NCBI RefSeq assembly: GCF_011745625.1
Contig: NW_027191452.1
Span: 434,001-498,000, forward strand
Direction: 5' to 3'
Source of the DNA: Cladosporium halotolerans
Taxonomy: Eukaryota
DNA: 64,000 bases
Shown in pieces: positions 33,756-45,914 of this stretch. Positions within the stretch are counted from its first letter, which is position 1. The number at the start of each line of letters is the position of its first letter. A model generated the notes under the pieces. It ran no database searches and had not been told where the DNA came from. It worked only from the letters and a program-made list of their open reading frames with translations. The position numbers and the translations under genes are program-made.

Positions 33756-34293
33756 TTGGGGCTGATGGCGAAGATGAATCAAAGATAGATTTTCCTGAAG
33801 GGGGCTCTTCTAGCTTCAGGCAGTGAATTGGCGCCTAAAGTTATATCCTGAATTGCTATATTGAACGGATGTTCTGGATGACGGTGCTCTATCCGTAGCA
33901 GTGACGGATTTAAAACTCCGAGTCGTGTAAAATGATGCTGATGTTGCCTCGTCCAGTCAATGGTCGCAATGCGATTCCTGGTTGCTCAAATATGTATGTT
34001 GCTCATTTACATGTGAAGAAGTGAAGATAAATTGGACAGACACGTGAGATCAAGATGCTATCAATGAATGACCAATTGCGCGTCCAATCCGGCCGCGCAC
34101 GGACTCTTCAAAGAGCACGCGCAAAACCAGCAGTCTCGCCCACTTCCCATTGCGCCTACCAACCTCCCCTCCTTTGTTCCTACACCCTCGAGCGCATTCA
34201 CGCACAGCGCATCAACCCTACCTTACCTTGAATACTGGCAGCATAGCGCACACGCGCAAGCATCAGCTGACCACCGACACTCATTTCGCCAAC

Positions 34294-36064
34294 ATGGCAC
34301 AGCCCGACATCTCCTCGATTCTGGCGGCTTTGGGTGAGCGCGCGCACAAATCATTAAGCACATCGAGCAACAACTGACTGTCGAATAGCCCAGCAGAACC
34401 AGGGCAGCACACCTAGTACCGCGACTCCTCAACAGCAACCGCAACAGCCGCCGAGTCAACCGCCGCCCGCGCCGTATCCTGGCGCAGTCCCGGCGCAACC
34501 GCCCAGCGCGCCCCCCGGCGCATACCTTCCTCCGCCTACTAGTAGCGGCAGCCTTGATCTGAACGCCATCAAGCCTTCTGCAAGTGGATCTGTGAGCATC
34601 GCGGAGGCGATTGCAAAGGCCAAGAACATCGCAGCCAACAGGGGCGTGCCCTCGTACGATCCGAGAGCAGGCTCACCGCGCGACGACCCTAGACTCGGCG
34701 GCCGCGGATACCAGCCTTCGCGATCCAGGTCGCGCTCGCCGCCGAGGCGCGACACATACAGCAACCCCTACCGTGATGAGCGCCGTGACGACCCGAGGCG
34801 CGGCAGCTATCGCAGATCGAACTCGCCTGATCGCGGCTACCGTAACTCCAGGGACAACCAGTCCCAGCGTGGCTCAGGCGACGGCGATTCCGAAACAATC
34901 CGCGTAAAGTCGTCCCTCGTAGGTCTGATTATTGGTCGCGGCGGAGAGAATTTGCGAAAAGTAGAGGGCGAATCAGGCGCACGCGTGCAATTCCTCTCGG
35001 CGAAGGACCCTAATGGAGCTGAGCGTCAATGTACTATCAGTGGTGCTCCTCGCAGCAGAGAAGCCGCCAAGGCCGCCATTTTTGGCATCATCGAGGAGAA
35101 TGGCGGTCCAAATGTCATGCAAGACAAGGGCGCATACACTGCGGGCATGCCTGGCCGTGCGAAAGTAAACTTGCCTGCGCTTCGGGATGGGGAGGATAGC
35201 ACCCAGGTGATGGTGCCCGACAAGACTGTTGGACTCATCATCGGCCGTGGTGGCGAAACAATCAAGGATTTGCAAGAGCGCAGCGGCTGCCACGTCAACA
35301 TTCTCGGCGAGACCAAGAGCATCAACGGCTTGAGGCCCATCAATCTCATTGGCAGTCCGCAGTCTGTTGGCATCGCCAAGGATCTCATTCTTGAAATTGT
35401 TGAAAGCGACAGCAGGGGCCAAGGTGGAGCTGTCACCGGATCTAACGCGAACCCGATGCGCGAACGCGGCTTTGACAACAACCGCGGAGGCGCTGGCGGA
35501 TCTTCGAAGACGATCCAGGTTCCTTCTCAGGCTGTTGGTATGATTATTGGCAAAGGTGGTGAGACTATCAAAGATCTTCAGCGCACCAGCGGCTGCAAGA
35601 TCAACGTTCACCAACCCCAGGCTCCGGATATCAACCGCGACATTGACCTCGAAGGCACACCCCGTGCAATGGAGGAAGCTGAGCGAGTTATCTGGGAAAA
35701 GGTTGAAACCGTCCAGGAACGTGACGGCATGGCCGGTGGCCGTGGTGGAAGAGGCGGAGGCGGCCGTGGTGGCAGTGGCTACGACCAAGGGTCGTCTTAC
35801 GATGCATACTCACAACAGCAGCAACAACCCGCGATGTCGGGCTACGGGCAATACATGCCCCAGCAGCAGCAGCAGGCCGCGCCTGCTATGCCTTCGTTCC
35901 AGATGCCCGCTCTTCCTCAACAGGGCACACCCACACAGGGCGCTTCGGGCACTCCGGCCCAAGATCCCAACCAGGCGTACCAGCAGTTCTACGCGCAGTG
36001 GTACATGCAGCAGATGCTGGCGCAGGGCCAGCAACCGGGTGCTGGTGCTCCTGGTTCGCAGTAA
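34294..36064 (+). CDS. KH-domain RNA-binding protein (FUBP/PSI-like), 2 exons
   Basis: Intron at about 34334-34388. Three KH domains with IIGRGGE/IIGKGGE loops, an RS-rich region, an RGG tract, and a Tyr/Gln-rich C-terminal box AYQQFYAQWY. Confidence 0.88.
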
Positions 36065-37069
36065 GCCATTGACATGCGACCATACTCGACGTGAGACGTG
36101 AACGCCGTGTCCGTGATGGTGATGGCTTGCCCTGGATCTCTTTCTCCGGATCACATTGCGCTTCACTCTGCTTCACTTACCCGCCGCCCTGTGACTCACG
36201 CTGCCGTGACTTACCTGGTAATGGCCGTCTGGTGACTACGTCTGCGTTTGACTGTCCAGTGCTGTAGCCATTTCTGGCGCGTTTGCATATACGGATCGTT
36301 GTGACTCTGTGCTACGACTGATGGTCGTCTCGCTGAATCTCTGGTTGTCTTCCACCAACGTTCTCGCATTAGCCTGCTGCTCCAATTTCTGGATACGACA
36401 TGATACGCCTAGCGCGTACTGCGCGAATTATCGCGATTCACCACATACGTATGATCGTCTTTTGAGCCAGCATGCTCAAAAGCGAGATCTGGGTATTCGC
36501 AGCTTGATTTATGCAAATCGTCATCAACCGGACTCGTCTTCGGTAAGGTCTGGCGCTCTCTGCCGATCGTAACCTCGGTCTCTATGCCTTGGCTCGAGGT
36601 GCGAAGGCTAGAATGTTTTGTCGACTTCTTGTTGCTACTGTGAGCATGCGGAGGACGTCATGCGCCTCACGATATTCGACATTGAAGATACCCGCTGGTT
36701 ATGGTGCAGGTGGTCTTGTTCTTTTGATCATGTTTGTAGCTCTGTAGCTCTCAAAAGGTTTTTCTTATACTTTGTTCATACCAGCTTTCTTTTTCGAATT
36801 TGCCTCTCATAATCATCAACCCATACCAATACACGAAGGCATTCGATCAATTCTAGCCCAAATTGTCACGTGACATGGCTCTTGAATGCGGAACTAAGCC
36901 GAGCCGCGCACGCGCCTTCAACCCGCGTTCGTCAGGTCAAGTTCAGGGAACACCGAATGGGGAAGCTGGTAAATACTGACGAACCTTGCTATTGCACGAC
37001 ACGTTCGAATAATTCTGGCTCGCAAACAACGATGCTCGGCGAGAGCGCGACGATATCGAACGACCTACT

Positions 37070-40000
37070 ATGAATGCGGCCGACCTCTCTGTCGGTCAAA
37101 TCATCGAGCTCAACGATGGCCGGATTGCCGTCGTCCGTCACGTCGGCCGCGTGCATTTCCAACCTGGCGAGTGGGTTGGTATAGAACTGGAGGAGCAGTC
37201 CGGCAAGAATGATGGTGCTGTTCAGGGAGAGCGGTATTTCAGTTGCGAGCAGGGCTATGGAATGTTTTTGCGCTCTGCCGGCGTGAGACAAGTCCTGGAA
37301 CAGCCAGAACCACCGCAACCACAAGCAAAACCTAAGCCGGCGACGACAGTGCCTGGAGCGCCTGGGGCAGCACGATCGCGTCCTTCAAGTTTGCACGCTG
37401 GAGTCAACGGAGCGAAAAAGCAAGATGCTGGGCATGTGAGGAGAACGAGCGCGGTCGCAGGGACCGCAAGCCCGACTCCGGGCGCCAGGACCGGTCTGAG
37501 CGGCTTGAGAAGTCCGACTAAGAGCCCGACGAAGCAGCTCGGACTGAATGGCGGAGTGGGTGCGGCGGCTTCTAGGACGAGTACGCCGGCGACTGCTGCT
37601 TCTAGAAGGACAACAGGAACGACTGGCGCAACACCGACCCATAGGTCGCGGCCGAGTGTCACGCCTCAGAGCACGACTACTTCGAAACGGACGTCAATGG
37701 GCCCTCCTGCGCCGGCTACTGCTGCTTCGAGAACGACGAGGCCTTCCTTGGCTGCTCCTTCGAGTACGAGGGCGCCCGCTTCTCGCACAGCCCCAGGTAG
37801 GACACCAGCTGCTCGTCCCGTTCCCGGCGCACGACCTGCTCCCGGCCGTAGGGAGCCCGAGAAGAGGCCTAGCCAGGCAGGCGAAGGAGCATCGACGCCC
37901 TCAGATCTACTCTCACCTCGAGAGAGCAATGTTTCCTCAGCTAGGAGCCAGTCTGAGGCCGAACAGGAGGATGGGGAAGATGGCGAGGAAGAGCCTGTCA
38001 AGACCAATTTTGCACCGCCGCCACCACCTCCCATACCAGACGACACCACCTCGAAACCGACCACATCACGACGCGGGTCTTCTCCCTCCGCCTCGATCCA
38101 TTCACAGCGTACTATTCGAAGCTCGACGCAAGCTGCAAGGCAGATCGAAGAGCTTGAGGCTAAGATCAGGTTACTCGAGCGGAAGCAGCAAGAGAGCCGT
38201 GAGATCAAGAAAACGCTGGAGTCAGCTGAGCAGGATCGCGACCGATACCAGGGCATCATTGAGAAGCTGCAAAAGAAATACCAGCCACAACAGCAAGAGC
38301 TCGCGGACCTCAAGAAAAAGCTGAGCGAGGCAGAGAGCAAGGGTCAGAGCGTTGAGGAGCTGCAAATGGAACATGAGAGCATCATGGAGATGGCTCTTCT
38401 CGACAAAGAAATGGCGGAGGAAATGGCGGAAGGCCTGAAAGCTGAGCTCGAAGCTCTTCGATCGAAACAAGAGGAACTCGAATTGGAAGTGGAGCTTCTC
38501 CGCGACGAAAATACGGAGTTCAGCAAAGAGATGAGCCCCGAGGAACGTACAAGTGCTGGCTGGCTGCAAATGGAGAAGGAAAACGAACGGCTGCGTGACG
38601 CCCTTCTTCGACTTCGCGATCTGACTCAAGACCGAGAAGGAGAGCTCAAGGAACAGGTGCATGATCTTGAAGCGCAGGTTAAAGAGTTCGAGGCCTTCCG
38701 GAAGCAATTCGATGATGCCAAGGAGAAGCTGCTGTCCAGCGAGGCTACAGCTGACGACCTTCGTCAACAGCTCGAGGCTGCACTGGGTGCAGAAGAGATG
38801 ATCGAAGAGCTCACCGAGCGCAACATGACAATGCAGGAGAAGCTTGATGAGCTCCGCGTCACGGTTGAGGATCTTGAGAACATCAAGGAGCTGAACGACG
38901 AGCTTGAGATCAACCACATCGAAGTTGAAAAGCAGCTTACCGATGAGATCGATTTCAAAGACAGCCTCCTCTATGACCGTGAAAGAACGGCAAAGCAACA
39001 GCAAGAGGCGCTCGACGACGCCGACTATACAATCAACCGTTTCCGCGAGCTGGTCACTCAACTACAGAGCGACTTGCAGGACATGCAAGCCTCAAAGCAG
39101 ATTTCTGATACTGAAGCTGCCGATCTGAACACGAAGTCTCGCGCAATGCTGGATCTCAACATGAAGCTGCAGTCAAGTGCCGCAAAGACCCAGGTAAAAA
39201 CCATCGACTTAGAACTGCGTAGACTGGATGCCCAGGAAGCATCCGAGCATCTATCAATTGTCCAGCTGTTCTTGCCTGATGCCTTCCAAGCCGAGAGAGA
39301 TAGCGTGTTGGCTCTGCTACGGTTCAAGCGCATTGCCTTCAAAGCAAACCTTGTGCATGGCTTTGTCAAAGAGCGTATTGCTTCTTTCGGAACGAGAGGG
39401 CTGGACGAAAACGTCTTCGCTGCCTGCGATGTCATGGACAAGCTTACCTGGGTTTCCTCCATGGCGGATCGCTTCGTCAATTCTGTATGCACGTGCAGTG
39501 TTGAGGAGTTTGCCAGCTACGAAGGCGCCCTGCACGAGCTAGAGCCAGTCGAGAGAGCTCTGAACAGCTACATCGATGCTCTCAGGCGGGACGACCTGAA
39601 AGAGAAGGACATGGCTGACGAGCTTCAACGGTCTGTCGCCGTTATGGCACATCTCGCAAGCCTTCATGTGAAAGAAGATGACTTGAGTAGTCATGCGGAC
39701 AGTCTGCTCATGCGAACGCTCTGCCTGCAAAGCCAACTTGAAAGTACTGCCTCCGCCCTCGGGATTGCGAAGATGCTTATCGAGAGCAAGCTGCGAGTCT
39801 CTCAGGCTGAGGACAAGGAAAACGAGAGCGAAGATGACGATGAGAGCCTCTCAGACGCAAGACAAATTATCGCTCGTGCGGATGCATTGATTTCCCAAGC
39901 AAGAAGTGCCAAGGTGACGACAGGCAAGGCTCACCGCGCTTTGTCCGACCTGCAGGCCCGATCTCTTACTCTCGAGAAGTCATGCGACGAGTCATTCGAT

Positions 40001-41164
40001 AGCGCCGAGTCGATCGCGAAGCAAATCAGCGTTTTCGGCCGTCAGGCAGGAGATGCTTTGCAGATGCTGTTTGGTGACGAAGGCAGAGCCGACCCTTTCA
40101 CGCCTCACGAAGTTGCGAGCGCTATATCCCGGGCAGCATCCGACTCGTTTGAGCTCTCGACCCCAGAAGCTGGCCCGTTTAATACACTTGCTAGCCGTTT
40201 GCGAGACCTCTCAGACGCTCTCGCCGATCTCGCTTCGTTGCCAACCGATCTGGACAACACCGTTGAGTTCGAAAGGGCGCCAGCACCATGGGTCGCACGT
40301 GCGGACCAGCTCAAGCAAACCAAGCTCACATCCATCGACACTGAAGCAGAGCTTGCACGAGCCCGTGAGACTATCAAGGAACGTGAGATGGTCCTCAAAG
40401 AGAAAGACACTGAGCTCGACGAGCAGAGTGTACAGATCGAAATGCTCGAAGCCAAAATGCGTGACGCCAGCAAACGCTCGGCCAAGATTGCACAGCTCGA
40501 GCAAGATATGCACGAAGCAAGAGATGCCGAGAAGAAGGCCAAAGCCGAGCTCATCCAGGCCAAGAAAGAGGCAGAGCAGGCCGTCGAACGCGCGCGCAGC
40601 GAGTCTTCCCGTATCGCGGAGCACCGTGGCAAGCGATCCTCGGGCCAGGCTCTGGATGCGAATGCAATGGGCGCTGGCGCGCAGCTTACCCTCAGCCGGC
40701 AAGAGCACCAAATCACATCATTGCAGGGCGCAGTTCGATACTTGCAATCTGAAAACCAGCGCCTTCGTCTCCCGCCGCCCGACTTCGTCGCTTCGACCAA
40801 CAGTTGGCTGCACCAGCCGCTCTTGCCTCCGAAGACGGACAAGCGCAAGCGGCAGGAGGCGCTGCACAAGGAGGGCAAAGACGTTCTCGCGCGGCTGCTC
40901 CATCTAGGCACAGCAGAGACTTCCCACATCGTCGACTTGACGCTGTTACCCGAGAACAAGCTGGCGTGGCGACCAGTGAAGGAGAGCAGCCGGTGGAAAG
41001 TCGAGAGCAGACGCGAGGAATGGGAAGCCTGGCGTGGTTGGAGGCGTGATGTGGTCAGAAAGGCTGCTGTGGCCGCGCCGAGGAAAGTGCAAAAGGCGAC
41101 GAAAGACGTGCACGCCGCTGAGCCGAAGATCGTCCAGCCGGAAGTCGATTCACCGGCAGCGTAG
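37070..41164 (+). CDS. NIP100: Dynactin p150(Glued) subunit
   Basis: N-terminal CAP-Gly domain (WVGIELEEQSGKNDGAVQGERYF), basic S/T/P-rich linker, long coiled coils, ALGAEEMIEELTERN and KTIDLELRRLD. Confidence 0.93.
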   Translation: MNAADLSVGQIIELNDGRIAVVRHVGRVHFQPGEWVGIELEEQSGKNDGAVQGERYFSCEQGYGMFLRSAGVRQVLEQPEPPQPQAKPKPATTVPGAPGAARSRPSSLHAGVNGAKKQDAGHVRRTSAVAGTASPTPGARTGLSGLRSPTKSPTKQLGLNGGVGAAASRTSTPATAASRRTTGTTGATPTHRSRPSVTPQSTTTSKRTSMGPPAPATAASRTTRPSLAAPSSTRAPASRTAPGRTPAARPVPGARPAPGRREPEKRPSQAGEGASTPSDLLSPRESNVSSARSQSEAEQEDGEDGEEEPVKTNFAPPPPPPIPDDTTSKPTTSRRGSSPSASIHSQRTIRSSTQAARQIEELEAKIRLLERKQQESREIKKTLESAEQDRDRYQGIIEKLQKKYQPQQQELADLKKKLSEAESKGQSVEELQMEHESIMEMALLDKEMAEEMAEGLKAELEALRSKQEELELEVELLRDENTEFSKEMSPEERTSAGWLQMEKENERLRDALLRLRDLTQDREGELKEQVHDLEAQVKEFEAFRKQFDDAKEKLLSSEATADDLRQQLEAALGAEEMIEELTERNMTMQEKLDELRVTVEDLENIKELNDELEINHIEVEKQLTDEIDFKDSLLYDRERTAKQQQEALDDADYTINRFRELVTQLQSDLQDMQASKQISDTEAADLNTKSRAMLDLNMKLQSSAAKTQVKTIDLELRRLDAQEASEHLSIVQLFLPDAFQAERDSVLALLRFKRIAFKANLVHGFVKERIASFGTRGLDENVFAACDVMDKLTWVSSMADRFVNSVCTCSVEEFASYEGALHELEPVERALNSYIDALRRDDLKEKDMADELQRSVAVMAHLASLHVKEDDLSSHADSLLMRTLCLQSQLESTASALGIAKMLIESKLRVSQAEDKENESEDDDESLSDARQIIARADALISQARSAKVTTGKAHRALSDLQARSLTLEKSCDESFDSAESIAKQISVFGRQAGDALQMLFGDEGRADPFTPHEVASAISRAASDSFELSTPEAGPFNTLASRLRDLSDALADLASLPTDLDNTVEFERAPAPWVARADQLKQTKLTSIDTEAELARARETIKEREMVLKEKDTELDEQSVQIEMLEAKMRDASKRSAKIAQLEQDMHEARDAEKKAKAELIQAKKEAEQAVERARSESSRIAEHRGKRSSGQALDANAMGAGAQLTLSRQEHQITSLQGAVRYLQSENQRLRLPPPDFVASTNSWLHQPLLPPKTDKRKRQEALHKEGKDVLARLLHLGTAETSHIVDLTLLPENKLAWRPVKESSRWKVESRREEWEAWRGWRRDVVRKAAVAAPRKVQKATKDVHAAEPKIVQPEVDSPAA

Positions 41165-41384
41165 CTCACGACGATCAACGTATGTACAGTGTAGTTGCTA
41201 GAGCAGACGAATATACCCATGTAAAGCAATGAAGCGATCAAGAACTCTCCATATCCATGTCGAGGTCTAAAGTAACTTCCATTAATCGCGTACACTACAA
41301 TCCTAGACGTCACGCCGGCTATGGCTAACTACGGCTTTTGTTTCCACTATCTCATTCCTCGTATCTCGTCGTCAAAATCGTTTC

Positions 41385-42638
41385 TTAGCGGCAGACGGCC
41401 TCGTGCATGAGAAGACCGTCCTTGCCAGCCTCAAACTCGAGCTCCACGTTGGGAGCAATGAAGTACACCTGGCCCTCCTTGAGCTCCGTTTTCTGGCCGT
41501 TGGCGGTCAAAGTGGCGCTACCCTGAGTAGCAAGTAGCACGCCGTTGCCCTCGATCTTCTCGAGACTCTCTTTCTCGCCACCCTTGAGAGTCATCTGGAG
41601 CATGTCGAATTCGCTAAGAGGCGGCGCGAGGATGTCGGTCTTGCCGTTCTTGCTGCGCTTGTAAGGCTTTGGCAGCAGCATGCATTCGTCCTTGTTGTGC
41701 GGGCTGAACGTCAGGGTGGAGGTGAAGAGGTCCGCAGAGGAGCGCTCGGCCTTAGGGCAGAAGCCGGTGTTCAGCACGTTATTGGAGCGCGCCATGCACT
41801 CGATGATGTCGCCAGAAAGATAGGCGTGAATGCCGTCCGCCGGGATGTAGATCGCCTCACCTGGGTTCAGGGTGAGGAAGTTCATCGTGAGTAGAGCGAC
41901 GAGAACACCTGGGTCGGCCTCGTCGTATTGCTCAGCGAGACGAGGAGCGAGCTTAGGGATGTAGGTGTCGTTGCCGAAGGCAGAGGGGTCGGTGGACGTC
42001 AAGGACTTGTAGGTCGATTTGAGGGCGTCCTGGTCGGCTACAAGAATGTTGCGGACGAATGTCTTGATCGATTCTTGGGTAAATCCCTTTTCATTGCTGT
42101 TGGGGAGGAACTTCTTCAAGAAGTCGAACTCAGTGAGGTAGGCAATTTGCTCCTTGGGCTTGAAGCCGCAGAAAGCCTCGAATTTCGAGAGCGCCAAAGC
42201 AATCTCAGGCTTGTGGTTGGGATCGGTGAAGTTCTGAGGGTCTTGCTCATGGAGCTTGGAAGAAAGTTCCTTGTTGGGATGAACTTGAAGTGGCAGAGCC
42301 TTTGCGATCGAAAGGACCTTGGGCAGATAAGGGACCTTAGAGTGACCGAACTTCTTGATCATGTTTTCACCAACGAGCTCCTTCGGGTACTTGTCCAGAA
42401 CATCTTGCAGATCCTCACCAGTGGAGGCGATGTAGGAGGGTAGAACAGGGTAGGTGCCCATCCACATCTCGGCGTAGGGCTTGCTCTCGTCGAGCTTGAA
42501 GTCCGACTTGGGGCCGTTGTCGCCATATCCAGGCTGCTTAGCACACAGGCGAGCGGAGACAGACTCCTTACCAACTTTACCCCAAGGGTACTGGTTGGTT
42601 GTGCATTTGAGCTCGTAGAATGGCTGAGGTGTAGACAT
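41385..42638 (-). CDS. PMI40: Mannose-6-phosphate isomerase, type I
   Basis: Contains YPWGK, PYAEMWMGT, KVLSIAKALPLQVHP, DPNHKPE and HAYLSGDIIECMARSNNV. Confidence 0.92.
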   Translation of the reverse strand: MSTPQPFYELKCTTNQYPWGKVGKESVSARLCAKQPGYGDNGPKSDFKLDESKPYAEMWMGTYPVLPSYIASTGEDLQDVLDKYPKELVGENMIKKFGHSKVPYLPKVLSIAKALPLQVHPNKELSSKLHEQDPQNFTDPNHKPEIALALSKFEAFCGFKPKEQIAYLTEFDFLKKFLPNSNEKGFTQESIKTFVRNILVADQDALKSTYKSLTSTDPSAFGNDTYIPKLAPRLAEQYDEADPGVLVALLTMNFLTLNPGEAIYIPADGIHAYLSGDIIECMARSNNVLNTGFCPKAERSSADLFTSTLTFSPHNKDECMLLPKPYKRSKNGKTDILAPPLSEFDMLQMTLKGGEKESLEKIEGNGVLLATQGSATLTANGQKTELKEGQVYFIAPNVELEFEAGKDGLLMHEAVCR

Positions 42639-43394
42639 TTTGTAACTTTTGACAATGGACGTTGAGGTGGTGTGTAGAAGGAAAGGGGAGACACGAGGGA
42701 TCAAGAGAGAACGGAAAACCTACTTGTATGCAGTCATTGAAGGCGATCTGTAATCTGCTGTGATGTGAGCAGAGGCGAGACCCTACGAGAGATGATGGCG
42801 GATCAACGTCATTTGAGAGGAGCAGAGTGGACCGCTCTCCGGCCTCGTCAGAAACAAATCAGGAGCACAATGTTCTTATGCATCCTAAAAGCTAGGCAGC
42901 CATGCATTCATGTGGCACGTATGCTTGCCATCAAGCGCAGGCAGGTTGAGACGCTGTTGCAGTCCGATTCCGTCGCAGTTGCTCAAGCATAAGAATACAG
43001 CGGCTCAATTCGCCACCCTGGGCTCATCAAGTCTACGAGGTCATTCGGGTGTTCAAAGTCGCGTCGACGGAAGATGAGCAAATGACGAGGACATAATATT
43101 CTGAGCGCGATTCAGTCACGATTCCGTCAATGAGCTCCAAAAGATGGATATGTTATCACTCTCGTCCGGTAAAATGCGGGTTTAGTGTATTTGCGAGGGT
43201 CGTAGGTTTAGGCTCCCGGCTGCCTGCATTAGCTCCCGCTTCTTATCGATTAGCCTCCAAGGTGGGCAGCAGTCGAAAAAAGCGCCTGTGAGTGCGGGTC
43301 GCAAGAGTCGGTCGCATGCTCAGGACGAGTCTGCAATCACACATTCACTGTGGCTTCTCTTAACATCCCTTTCCGCTTCGAGGCCGGCGGCAAA

Positions 43395-45914
43395 ATGGGT
43401 GCCCCAAGCGGTGAGCAACACCACCATCGCTCGACTACAAAATCCACCAACAAGCCTTACAAGACTCGTCACGCTTCCAAGTCGGCTCTGAAGGAACGCA
43501 CCAAGGGCAAGGTCGACTCACTCGAGACTGGATCGCGCAAAACTCCTCACCAGCAGGTCATGTCAAAACTCGTCCGCAGGAACCAGCAAAAACAGAAGCG
43601 CATCTCCCACTCTGCCAAATTGGCCGCAGACAGCAGTGTTTTCAGTGGAAGAGATGGAGCACCCAGGATTGTCGCGATCGTGCCACTTTGCGAAGATGTC
43701 AACAGCAAGAGCGTCGTGGAAGAGTTGAACCGCAGTGTCGATGTTGAAGCCGAGGCGCCTGAGGCCGGCACTTGGAGACTTGATATTCCCAGGTTCAAGC
43801 AGAAGCTGCAATACCTCACACCATCTAGAGATCTGCTGGAGTGTTTAGACGCCTGTCGTGTAGCGGACTTTGTACTGTTCGTACTTAGCGCTGAAGAGGA
43901 GGTTGATGAGCTCGGTGAGCACATGCTTCGCTGCATCGAATCGCAGGGTGTCAGCACGGTCATGACCGGAGTGCACAATTTGAACAAGATTGAACCTGCT
44001 AAGAAGCGACCGGATGTTCTTAAAAGCTTGAAAAGCTTCATCACTCACTTTTTCGCAACTCTCGAGAAGGTTCACGATTTAAGCAGCCGGCAAGACAGCA
44101 GCAATGTGATGCGCAGTTTATGCACGACCATGCCGAAGGGTATCAGGTGGAGACAAGACAGGAGCTGGATCGTTCCCGAAGAAGTCAAGTGGGAGGATCA
44201 ACAATGCATTATTGCAGGTGTGGTACGAGGTAAGAACTTGAAGGCCGATAGACTGTTGCAGGTGGGAGACTGGGGAGATTTCCAGATCGAGAAGATTACC
44301 GCCGCACCTCTGGAGACTAAGAAGAAGCAGCATGCAAAATCTAATGAGATGGCCGTGGATGCATCCGAAGGTGATCAGGTATTGGAAATGCCAACTGAGG
44401 ATCAGGACGACCTGGCCGAACTTGCTCCGGAGGAGACCTTGATGGATGAGGATGGCATGACGATGGGTGCCACCTCTATCGCGCCTTCTGAACGGAAGCA
44501 CGTGTTATTGGACGATCATCGTTACTTTGATGAGGATGAAGACCCGTCGGACGCCATTGCGAAACCTAAGCGCTTGCCCAGAGGTACGAGCAAGTACCAG
44601 GCTGCCTGGTTCCTGGGAGATGTATCGGATTCTGGTTCGGATCTGGAGTCAGTGGATGACGACGAAGATGAGGACATGGACTTCGGTGAAGCCCCTGCGG
44701 CTGGCCCAGCAGATGGTCACTTCGACGAGGCTATGCGCGAGCCCACTGAGGCTGCACCGTCCGAATACCCTCAGAGCGAGATGTTTGAGGACCGAGCCAT
44801 CGAGGAAGAAGCGGATCAGCTCGCACAATATCGCAAGCAGCGCCGTGAGGAAGCCGAAGATGATCTCGAGTTCCCAGACGAGATAGAACTGCTCCCAAAT
44901 ATGTCAGCCAAGGAGAGGCTGGCCCGTTACCGCGGCTTAAAGAACATGCGCACTAGCCATTGGGAGACAGAAGAGGACAGGCCATATGAGCCCGAAGAGT
45001 GGTCGCGTCTTCTCGAGATTGCAGACTACAAGTCGACCAAGAACAGGATCCTGAAGGAAAGCCTTGAGGGTGGCATCAAGGCCGGTACCCGCGTTAACAT
45101 TCAGTTGCGCATTGCACCTGAGCAGGCCAATGAACTGCAAAACCAGCCTCGACCCACTGCTATCTTCTCTCTCCTCCGCCACGAGCACAAGCGGACTAAT
45201 GTCAATACATCTATCACATTGTCATCTGAGCACCCTAGCCCGCTCAAGAGCAAGACCCAGATGGTTCTTCAATGCGGACCACGCCGCATGGTGGTCAACC
45301 CACTTTTCAGCCAAGCAGGCAACACGCCCAACAATGTGCACAAGTTTAATCGCTTCCTGCACCCTGGGCAGACCGCAGTGGCGTCCTTCATTGGACCCAT
45401 CGGATGGGGCAGCATCCCTTGTCTGTACTTCCTGCCGACCGTGCAAGGCTCCAGCGAAAACGATGCCGTGTCCGATTTGGCGAACGCCATGCAAAAGCCA
45501 ACTCTTGAGCTCATCGCGACCGGAACGTCTCTTGCACCCTCCACCTCGCGCATCGTCGCAAAGCGTGTCATCCTCACTGGCCACCCTTACAAGATCAACA
45601 AGAAGGTCGTCACGATCCGCTACATGTTCTTCAACAACGAAGACGTCGAGTACTTCAAGGCCATTCAGCTCTGGACCCGCCGCGGCAGACAAGGCTGGAT
45701 CAAGGAGACTCTCGGCACGCACGGCTACTTCAAGGCCACCTTCGACGGCAAAATCAACCCCATGGACGCTGTCGCCATCAGCTTGTACAAGCGCGTTTGG
45801 CCCAGACCTGCCAGGGCCTTCCAACCCGGTATGGAGTTGGAGGCTGCTGTCGTCGAGGGCGATGAGGAGGAGGAAGATGTTCCGGAGGAGCTCGAGGGCA
45901 GGATGGAGGAGTGA
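43395..45914 (+). CDS. TSR1: Pre-rRNA processing / 40S biogenesis protein Tsr1
   Basis: Bms1-type inactive GTPase region, PRGTSKYQAAW, LEFPDEIEL, RLARYRGLK, LTGHPYKI, LGTHGYFKATFD and LYKRVWP. Confidence 0.95.
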   Translation: MGAPSGEQHHHRSTTKSTNKPYKTRHASKSALKERTKGKVDSLETGSRKTPHQQVMSKLVRRNQQKQKRISHSAKLAADSSVFSGRDGAPRIVAIVPLCEDVNSKSVVEELNRSVDVEAEAPEAGTWRLDIPRFKQKLQYLTPSRDLLECLDACRVADFVLFVLSAEEEVDELGEHMLRCIESQGVSTVMTGVHNLNKIEPAKKRPDVLKSLKSFITHFFATLEKVHDLSSRQDSSNVMRSLCTTMPKGIRWRQDRSWIVPEEVKWEDQQCIIAGVVRGKNLKADRLLQVGDWGDFQIEKITAAPLETKKKQHAKSNEMAVDASEGDQVLEMPTEDQDDLAELAPEETLMDEDGMTMGATSIAPSERKHVLLDDHRYFDEDEDPSDAIAKPKRLPRGTSKYQAAWFLGDVSDSGSDLESVDDDEDEDMDFGEAPAAGPADGHFDEAMREPTEAAPSEYPQSEMFEDRAIEEEADQLAQYRKQRREEAEDDLEFPDEIELLPNMSAKERLARYRGLKNMRTSHWETEEDRPYEPEEWSRLLEIADYKSTKNRILKESLEGGIKAGTRVNIQLRIAPEQANELQNQPRPTAIFSLLRHEHKRTNVNTSITLSSEHPSPLKSKTQMVLQCGPRRMVVNPLFSQAGNTPNNVHKFNRFLHPGQTAVASFIGPIGWGSIPCLYFLPTVQGSSENDAVSDLANAMQKPTLELIATGTSLAPSTSRIVAKRVILTGHPYKINKKVVTIRYMFFNNEDVEYFKAIQLWTRRGRQGWIKETLGTHGYFKATFDGKINPMDAVAISLYKRVWPRPARAFQPGMELEAAVVEGDEEEEDVPEELEGRMEE

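Noticed and set aside
36148..36220. U1 snRNA gene (ACTTACCTGG, GATCAC and ATTGC motifs)
   Set aside because: The motifs are in the wrong order, the ATAC start is missing, and no Sm site or U1 fold is evident downstream.
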